Both the position numbers and the translations under genes were made by a program. The notes beneath the pieces are model-generated. The model did not search any database. It saw only the letters and a list, made by a program, of their open reading frames with translations, and was not told the DNA's origin. 12,007 bases of DNA from Myxococcota bacterium (GTDB lineage: Bacteria > Myxococcota > JACRCW01): assembly GCA_040752415.1 (NCBI GenBank), contig JBFMGU010000307.1, forward strand, positions 1 through 12,007, written 5' to 3'. Shown one piece after another: positions 6,845-12,007 of this stretch; position 1 is the first letter of the stretch; the number at the start of each line of letters is the position of its first letter.

Positions 6845-7468
6845 ATGCCCACCACGCGCGCCATCGCGGCCAGCCTGCTCGCCGGGAGGGAGCTGTACCG
6901 GGAGGTGGTGCTCAACCGCATCATGCACGCGCGGGAGTCGGTGTGGATCAGCACCGCCAACGTGAAGGCCATGATGGTGGAGCGCCGCGGCCGATACGTG
7001 CCCATCCTCGACGTGTTTGCCGACCTGGCCAAGCGTGGCGTCGAGCTGAGGCTGTTGCACGCGGAGCTTCCCAGCCGGCCCTTCCGCGCCGCGTTCGACC
7101 GTCACGCGCAGCTGGTGTCGGGTGGCCTGGGGCTGCGCATCTGCCCGCGCGTGCACTTCAAGGCCGTCCTCGTCGACCGCGCCTGGCTCTACCTGGGCAG
7201 CGCGAACCTCACCGGCGCGGGCCTGGGCGCCAAGGATGAGCACCGTCGCAACTTCGAGCTGGGGCTGGGCACCGAGGACTACGAGCTCATTGATCACGTG
7301 GTGGCGCTGTTCGAGGCCATCTGGAGCGGCGCGGAGTGCGCCACCTGCAAGCTCCACGACGTGTGCCCCGACCCCATTGGCCCCGGCCCCCAGCGCAAGA
7401 CCCGCCGCAGGTCCAACGACGGTCTGGTCACGTTGGGTCGCGCGCGCAAGCTGCCGCGGCCGCGCTGA
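6845..7468 (+). CDS. Single-HKD phospholipase D superfamily protein (Nuc-like, possible nuclease) with a C-terminal Cys cluster, 207 aa
   Basis: HFKAVLVDRAWLYLGSANLT matches HxK(x4)D(x6)GSxN, followed by RRNFELG. C-terminal CATCKLHDVCP. No signal peptide. Confidence 0.9.
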   Translation: MPTTRAIAASLLAGRELYREVVLNRIMHARESVWISTANVKAMMVERRGRYVPILDVFADLAKRGVELRLLHAELPSRPFRAAFDRHAQLVSGGLGLRICPRVHFKAVLVDRAWLYLGSANLTGAGLGAKDEHRRNFELGLGTEDYELIDHVVALFEAIWSGAECATCKLHDVCPDPIGPGPQRKTRRRSNDGLVTLGRARKLPRPR

Positions 7469-8812
7469 TCAGTGCAGCGGAACCTCGGGCTTCACCGAGC
7501 GTTCCGGCACCTCTCGTGCCCCCAGTCGTCGCGGCACCACCACGGTGAACGTGCTCCCGGAGCCCACCGCGCTCTCCACGGTGATGTCGCCGCCCATCTG
7601 GCGGACGATCTGGCGCGAGAGCCACAGCCCCAACCCCAGCCCTCCGTAGTTGCGCGCCGACGCTGCCCGCTCGAACCGCTGGAAGATGCGCGGGAGGTCC
7701 TGGGCGGAAATGCCGATGCCGTGATCCTCCACCTCCACGTGGACCTGCTCCCCCACCTCCACCACGCGCACCACCACCGGCTTTCCGTCCCCGTACTTCA
7801 CCGCGTTGCCCAGGAGGTTCTGCACCACCTGCTGCAGCGCCACCGCGTCCCACCGTCCCAGCACCGGCCCCGGGCTGTGCACCTGGATATCGACGTCGTC
7901 ACCGTGCTCCTCGCGCAGCCGCGTCACGGTTTCCTGCACCAGCACGCTGAGGTCGGCATCCACCGGGTCCAGCACCATCCGTCCCGCGGTGATCACCGAG
8001 AGATCCAGCAGCCGGTCCATCAGCGACTGCAACCGCTCCGCCTGGCGCAGGACGGCATTGAGCGCGCGCTCCGCCTTCTCCGGCACGCTGCCCGGCGTCA
8101 CCGTCCGTCGCGCGTGTTGCGCCTGCAGCTTCAACGCGGTGAGCGGGGTGCGCAGCTCATGGGAGGCCACGGACAGGAAGTGGTCGCGCGCCTCGACGGC
8201 AACCTGGTAGTCGCGCTCGCGCTCCAACGACGCCACGTGTTGGCGGTAGAGCAGCGCCTCGCGGTTGCGCAGCCGGCGATAGATCACCGACGCGTAGACC
8301 GCCAACGCCGCCATGCACGTGGCCAGCACCAACCACTCCACCAGCGTCCGCGCCTCCCGCCCCGAGGCCACCTGCACCGCCACACCGGCCAGCACCATCC
8401 CCACCGCGGCGCCCAGCGTGGCAATGGGATGATCCTGCAGCACCACCGCCACGACGAGCGGCATGGCCAGCATGAAGTGGAACAGCGGGCTGTGCGTCCC
8501 GCCGGTGAGGTGCACCAGCAGGCCAAAGAACACCGGCGTGGACAATCCCACCGCCAGCACCAGGCGCTCCTGCAAGAGCGGCGTCGCGCGCGGCAGCCAC
8601 AACGCCACCGCCACCACGGTGCCCGCCCACGCCACACGCACCGCGAACGTGAGCGCAACCCGCGTTCCCGGCGTCAACCCGTCGGCCACGGCGAAGATCA
8701 GGATGAGCGGCGCGCACCACAGCAGCACGTTGCGTCGCTCACGCCAGGAGAGCGCGGCGGGGTCCTCACCCGACGACGAAGCTTCCCGGACGCTGCCAGA
8801 TGGTCCTGCCAC
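7469..8812 (-). CDS. Membrane-bound sensor histidine kinase (HisKA + HATPase_c), 447 aa
   Basis: About 5-6 N-terminal hydrophobic segments. H-box FLSVASHELRTPLTAL, N-box QNLLGNAVKY, G1 VEDHGIGI, F-box IFQRFER, G2 GGLGLGLWL. Its stop abuts the PLD stop (TGATCA). Confidence 0.95.
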   Translation of the reverse strand: MAGPSGSVREASSSGEDPAALSWRERRNVLLWCAPLILIFAVADGLTPGTRVALTFAVRVAWAGTVVAVALWLPRATPLLQERLVLAVGLSTPVFFGLLVHLTGGTHSPLFHFMLAMPLVVAVVLQDHPIATLGAAVGMVLAGVAVQVASGREARTLVEWLVLATCMAALAVYASVIYRRLRNREALLYRQHVASLERERDYQVAVEARDHFLSVASHELRTPLTALKLQAQHARRTVTPGSVPEKAERALNAVLRQAERLQSLMDRLLDLSVITAGRMVLDPVDADLSVLVQETVTRLREEHGDDVDIQVHSPGPVLGRWDAVALQQVVQNLLGNAVKYGDGKPVVVRVVEVGEQVHVEVEDHGIGISAQDLPRIFQRFERAASARNYGGLGLGLWLSRQIVRQMGGDITVESAVGSGSTFTVVVPRRLGAREVPERSVKPEVPLH

Positions 8813-8882
8813 GTGCCCTCGGTGTCCCGTTCCGCGCCATCATGGCCAAACGCGCGGTGTGACGCCAGAAAACCCTCTGCGG

Positions 8883-9542
8883 TCAGGCGCCCAGGCGGGC
8901 CCACAACTCCTCGTGCAACTCGCGCAGGGAGGGCAGCACCACGTCGGCCAGGGAGAAGCGGGGATCGGCTCGGAAGGTGGGGTGGGGGATGGCCACACAG
9001 GACATGCGCGCGGCCTTGGCCGCAATCACGCCGTTGAGGGAATCCTCCACCGCCACGCAGGTCACGGCGGGACAGCCCAGGCGCGCGGCGGTGGTGAGGT
9101 AGACGCCGGGGTGCGGCTTGCCCAGCGGCTCATCCTGCGCGGAGTGCACCGTCGAGAACGCGCGGGACAGGCCCACCCGCTCCAGCACGGCGGCAATGAC
9201 CCGGTGCGGTGAAGACGAAGCCAACGCCAGCTTCCACCCTCGTCTCATCACCGACTCCACCGCCGCGCCCACGCCCTCCGTGCCCTCACCCCGGGTGCGG
9301 ATGAGCTCACACACGCGGTCCAGGATGCGCGCCTCCACCTCGCGCAGCGACGGAGCCTCCCACGGATGACGTCGGTGCCAGTGCTGCACCACCTCGTCAA
9401 TGCGCAGGCCCATGGTCTGGACGCAGTCGGCGTGTTGCAGCGGCACCCCCACGCTGCGGAACACCTCCACCTCCGCGTCCTGCCACAGCGGCTCGGAGTC
9501 GATGAGCACGCCGTCCATGTCGAAGATCACCGCCTGGATCAT
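8883..9542 (-). CDS. hxpB: HAD-family hexitol/2-deoxyglucose-6-phosphate phosphatase, HxpB/YniC-like (219 aa)
   Basis: MIQAVIFDMDGVLIDSEPLW (motif I), TMGLRIDEVV, LASSSP, KPHPGVYL, AVEDSLNGVIAAKAARM and DPRFSLAD are all recognisably like E. coli YniC/HxpB. Start placed at ATG 9542 rather than 9695. Confidence 0.88.
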   Translation of the reverse strand: MIQAVIFDMDGVLIDSEPLWQDAEVEVFRSVGVPLQHADCVQTMGLRIDEVVQHWHRRHPWEAPSLREVEARILDRVCELIRTRGEGTEGVGAAVESVMRRGWKLALASSSPHRVIAAVLERVGLSRAFSTVHSAQDEPLGKPHPGVYLTTAARLGCPAVTCVAVEDSLNGVIAAKAARMSCVAIPHPTFRADPRFSLADVVLPSLRELHEELWARLGA

Positions 9543-9594
9543 GGCCGCACGCAGTAGCACCGCGGGTGGAGGCGCGTCGTGGTAGAGGCGGGGT

Positions 9595-10587
9595 GTGGAC
9601 GTCCTCATCATCACCCGCACCGATGACAACGACTGCATCGGCATGGTCTCGGAAGAGCTGCGGCGTCGTGGCGCGCGGCCCATCCGCCTGGACACCGACC
9701 GCTACCCGCAGGACGTCCGCATCAGCACGCGCGTGGGCGGGGACCCTCGCGTCCGTCGCATGGTGACGTCCAGCGACAGCTTTGACCTCGGCTCGCTCGG
9801 CGCCGTCTGGTACCGCCGCTTCTTCGCCGGGGGTCGACTCCCCGCCGCGCTCGGCGACACGCGGCCCGCCTGCGTCGAGGAATCCCGGCGCACGCTGTAC
9901 GGGACCATTGCCGCCTCGGGGTGCTTCGAGATGGACCCGCTGGTGGCGGTGCGCAAGACCGACCACAAGGAGCTGCAGCTCAAGCGCGCGCACGAGCTGG
10001 GGCTGGAGGTGCCGCGCACGCTGTTCACCAATGACGTCGTGGAGGCGCGCGCGTTCCACGCGGAGCTGGGCGGCAACGTCATCACCAAGATGCAGAGCTC
10101 CTTCGCCATCTACCGCGACGGTCGCGAGCTGGTGGTGTTCACCACGCCGGTGAAGGCGGAGGACCTGCAGGACGCGGAGGGCCTGCGCTATTGCCCCATG
10201 ACCTTCCAGGAGCTGCTGCCCAAGCGCCTGGAGCTGCGCGCCACCGTCGTGGGAAGGCGCGTGTTGACCGCCAGCATTGACTCGCAGAAGTCGGAGAAGA
10301 CGCAGGTGGACTGGCGCCGCGACGGCATGGGCCTGCTCAACGACTGGCAACCCTACACGCTCCCCGCCCACGTGGAGGCGGCCCTGCTGCGACTCACCGC
10401 GGACTTCGGGCTGAACTACGCGGCGGCGGACTTCGTGGTGACGCCGGAGGGCCGGCACGTGTTCCTGGAGATCAACGCCGGTGGCGAGTGGTTCTGGCTG
10501 CAGCGCGCTCCGGGCCTGCCCATTGCCGCAAGCATTGCGGAGGTGCTGCTGGGGCAGGCGGAGCGGGCGGTCACCGTCGTGAAGTGA
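9595..10587 (+). CDS. mvdD: MvdC/MvdD-family ATP-grasp RiPP (microviridin/graspetide) maturase, closest in motifs to the MvdD/MdnC ester ligase (330 aa)
   Basis: Motifs VLIITRTDDN, RLDTDRYP, AVWYRR, HKELQL, ITKMQSSFAIY, VVFTTPVKAEDL, GLRYCPMTFQE, LELRATVVG, DWRRDG, WQPYTLP, FGLNYAAAD and FLEINAGGEWFWL follow the MdnC/MvdD pattern along the whole length. Confidence 0.88.
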   Translation: MDVLIITRTDDNDCIGMVSEELRRRGARPIRLDTDRYPQDVRISTRVGGDPRVRRMVTSSDSFDLGSLGAVWYRRFFAGGRLPAALGDTRPACVEESRRTLYGTIAASGCFEMDPLVAVRKTDHKELQLKRAHELGLEVPRTLFTNDVVEARAFHAELGGNVITKMQSSFAIYRDGRELVVFTTPVKAEDLQDAEGLRYCPMTFQELLPKRLELRATVVGRRVLTASIDSQKSEKTQVDWRRDGMGLLNDWQPYTLPAHVEAALLRLTADFGLNYAAADFVVTPEGRHVFLEINAGGEWFWLQRAPGLPIAASIAEVLLGQAERAVTVVK

Positions 10588-10657
10588 GCGGATCCTCCCG
10601 TTGCCGGATGGGCGTTCTCCGTCGGGAAAAGGCCGTCCTCCCTTTGACCGAGGGGTG

Positions 10658-10684
10658 CGAACACCCGGGCGCGGACCTCGATAA
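10658..10684 (+). promoter_or_regulatory. Possible sigma28-like promoter upstream of the peptidoglycan-targeting gene
   Basis: CGAACACC-N11-CTCGATAA. The -10 box matches 6/8 of GCCGATAA and the -35 box is weak. It is followed by a 7-bp leader hairpin GGGAGTG(10686-10692)/CACTCCC(10700-10706). Confidence 0.3.
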
Positions 10685-10720
10685 CGGGAGTGTCTGTTCC
10701 ACTCCCACCGGGGATCACCG

Positions 10721-11572
10721 ATGCCCACCTCCGTTGCCCTCCGCCCCGTCTCCTCCGCCCCCCGCCAGCGCAGCGCCGAGGCGCCGTCCCTGCAGACGGT
10801 GGCCCAGGGTGGGGCCCTGCTGACGCGCGGCGCGGAAGGCCAGAGCGTGCGTGACCTGCAGCAGCTGCTGGGCAGCAAGGGCTTCCCGGTGGACGTGGAC
10901 GGTGACTTTGGTCCGCGCACGGAATGGGCGGTGCGCCAGTTCCAGCGCAGCCGCGGCCTCGACGTCGACGGCAAGGTGGGACCCCAGACGCTGCGCGCGC
11001 TGCAGGGCAACAGCGGCGCCACCGTGACCGACGGGATGGAGCGTCGCCCCAACGGTGCGCCCACGCCGCGCGCGCCCACCGAGGCCGAGCGCAACTCCCG
11101 CCCCGAGGGCACCATCCGCGCCGGTGACCTGCAGCAGCCCCGTCCCAGCACCGCCGGCGCGCCGCCCAACCGCACCGCGGAGTTCCAGTCGGTGAGCAAG
11201 GCCGGTCAGCGCAACCAGATGATGACCGGGCAGATCACCGTCAACGGCAACACGTACACCTTCCGCACCGGCGGCCACGGACGCGGCAACCTCCCCAAGG
11301 GCGACTACACCATCACGCCGCACCTCTGGAGCCGCAACGACCGCAGCATGAACGTGGGTGGCGTCGGATACAGCTTTGCCATGAGCGACAAGTACGACCC
11401 GCGCGTGGGCGGGACCCGCTCCCTGCTGCGCATCCACCCCGACGGCGGCAGCGCGGGCACCGAGGGCTGCATCGGCATCGTCGGCGACGCGGCGACGCAG
11501 CGGCGGTTCCGTGAGGACATGCGCGCGGAGCTGGCGCGCAACGGTGGTCGCTTCACGTTGACGGTGCGCTGA
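10721..11572 (+). CDS. Peptidoglycan-binding domain + Tlde1/DUF2778-like L,D-transpeptidase-fold domain protein (283 aa)
   Basis: PG_binding_1 pattern LTRGAEGQSVRDLQQLL...VDGDFGPRTEWAVRQFQRSRGLDVDGKVGPQTLRAL (about aa 33-94), then a Pro/Arg/Thr linker. C-terminal LPKGDYTI...RSLLRIHPDGGSAGTEGCIGI has His239/Cys250. No hydrophobic signal peptide. Confidence 0.85.
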   Translation: MPTSVALRPVSSAPRQRSAEAPSLQTVAQGGALLTRGAEGQSVRDLQQLLGSKGFPVDVDGDFGPRTEWAVRQFQRSRGLDVDGKVGPQTLRALQGNSGATVTDGMERRPNGAPTPRAPTEAERNSRPEGTIRAGDLQQPRPSTAGAPPNRTAEFQSVSKAGQRNQMMTGQITVNGNTYTFRTGGHGRGNLPKGDYTITPHLWSRNDRSMNVGGVGYSFAMSDKYDPRVGGTRSLLRIHPDGGSAGTEGCIGIVGDAATQRRFREDMRAELARNGGRFTLTVR

Positions 11573-11613
11573 ATCGGTCAGCCCGAGCCAAAGCGGTATT
11601 TCAGACCGCACTC

Positions 11614-12007
11614 CCAAAGGTGCGGGCGCCGCTTCCCGAACTTTGTCTCAGAGCCCGCACCTCGGCTTTCCGTCGGAGACTCTGCGTCCCGGCGTCTCCG
11701 CCCCATGAGATGCGCGCGGCCGGCACTTTGGAATCCAAAGGTGCGGGCGCCGCTTCCCGGACATGTCTCAGAGCCCGCACCTCGGCTTTCCGTCGTCGGA
11801 GACTCTGCGTGCCGGCGTCTCCGCCCCATGAGATGCCCGCGGCCGGCACTTTGGAATCCAAAGGTGCGGGCGCCGCTGCACCTTCTCACCGCTCGCCGGC
11901 ACCTGGGGGTCACGTCGGGGACTCTGCGTGCCGGCGTCTCCGCCCCATCAGATGCGCGCGGCCGGCACTTTGGAATCCAAAGGTGCGGGCGCCGCTGCAC
12001 CTTCTCA
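11614..12007. repeat. Non-coding tandem repeat array with period about 119-123 bp, at least 3 full units plus a partial one, truncated by the window edge
   Basis: CCAAAGGTGCGGGCGCCGCT starts at 11614, 11735, 11858 and 11977 (periods 121, 123, 119). A conserved core of about 83 nt alternates with segments of about 36-40 nt of two types (A, A', B, B-partial). Confidence 0.95.

Noticed and set aside
11381..11404. MSDKYDPR in the PG-binding protein as a microviridin-like core for the adjacent MvdD
   Set aside because: It does not match TxKYPSD, lies inside a folded catalytic domain, and has no leader motif.
11578..12000. ORFs 11578-12000 and 11601-11861 (minus strand)
   Set aside because: They are translations of the tandem repeat. 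Unit lengths of 121 and 119 shift the frame between copies, so there is no consistent peptide repeat.
11614..12007. CRISPR array
   Set aside because: The constant part is about 83 nt, too long for a CRISPR repeat. The intervening segments are themselves repeated (A, A', B, B) rather than unique, and there are no cas genes in the window.

Overview
High-GC window (roughly 70% by eye) whose gene content and style suggest a myxobacterium (Myxococcota; inferred). The central block is ordinary: GST, MurJ flippase coupled to a PlsC/DGAT2-like acyltransferase, a single-HKD PLD-family protein, an orphan membrane histidine kinase and an HxpB/YniC-like HAD phosphatase. The flanks carry the interesting content. 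(1) A 904-aa protein combines a Fic domain (HPFGDSNGRTGR) with a C-terminal region bearing all three R-S-E ADP-ribosyltransferase motifs in cholera-toxin order. It is translationally coupled to a small upstream Zn-ribbon protein behind a sigma28/FliA-like promoter, so it is a candidate dual-activity toxin plus partner. (2) A peptidoglycan-binding + Tlde1/L,D-transpeptidase-like protein has no signal peptide and a weaker version of the same promoter motif. (3) An MvdD/MdnC-type graspetide ligase has no visible precursor. (4) A perfect 24-bp inverted repeat encloses a structured 91-nt segment directly upstream of an ORF leaving the left edge (retron-like layout, unproven). (5) A non-coding, palindrome-rich tandem array with a period of about 121 bp leaves the right edge. 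All assignments come from motif recognition by eye; no searches were run.
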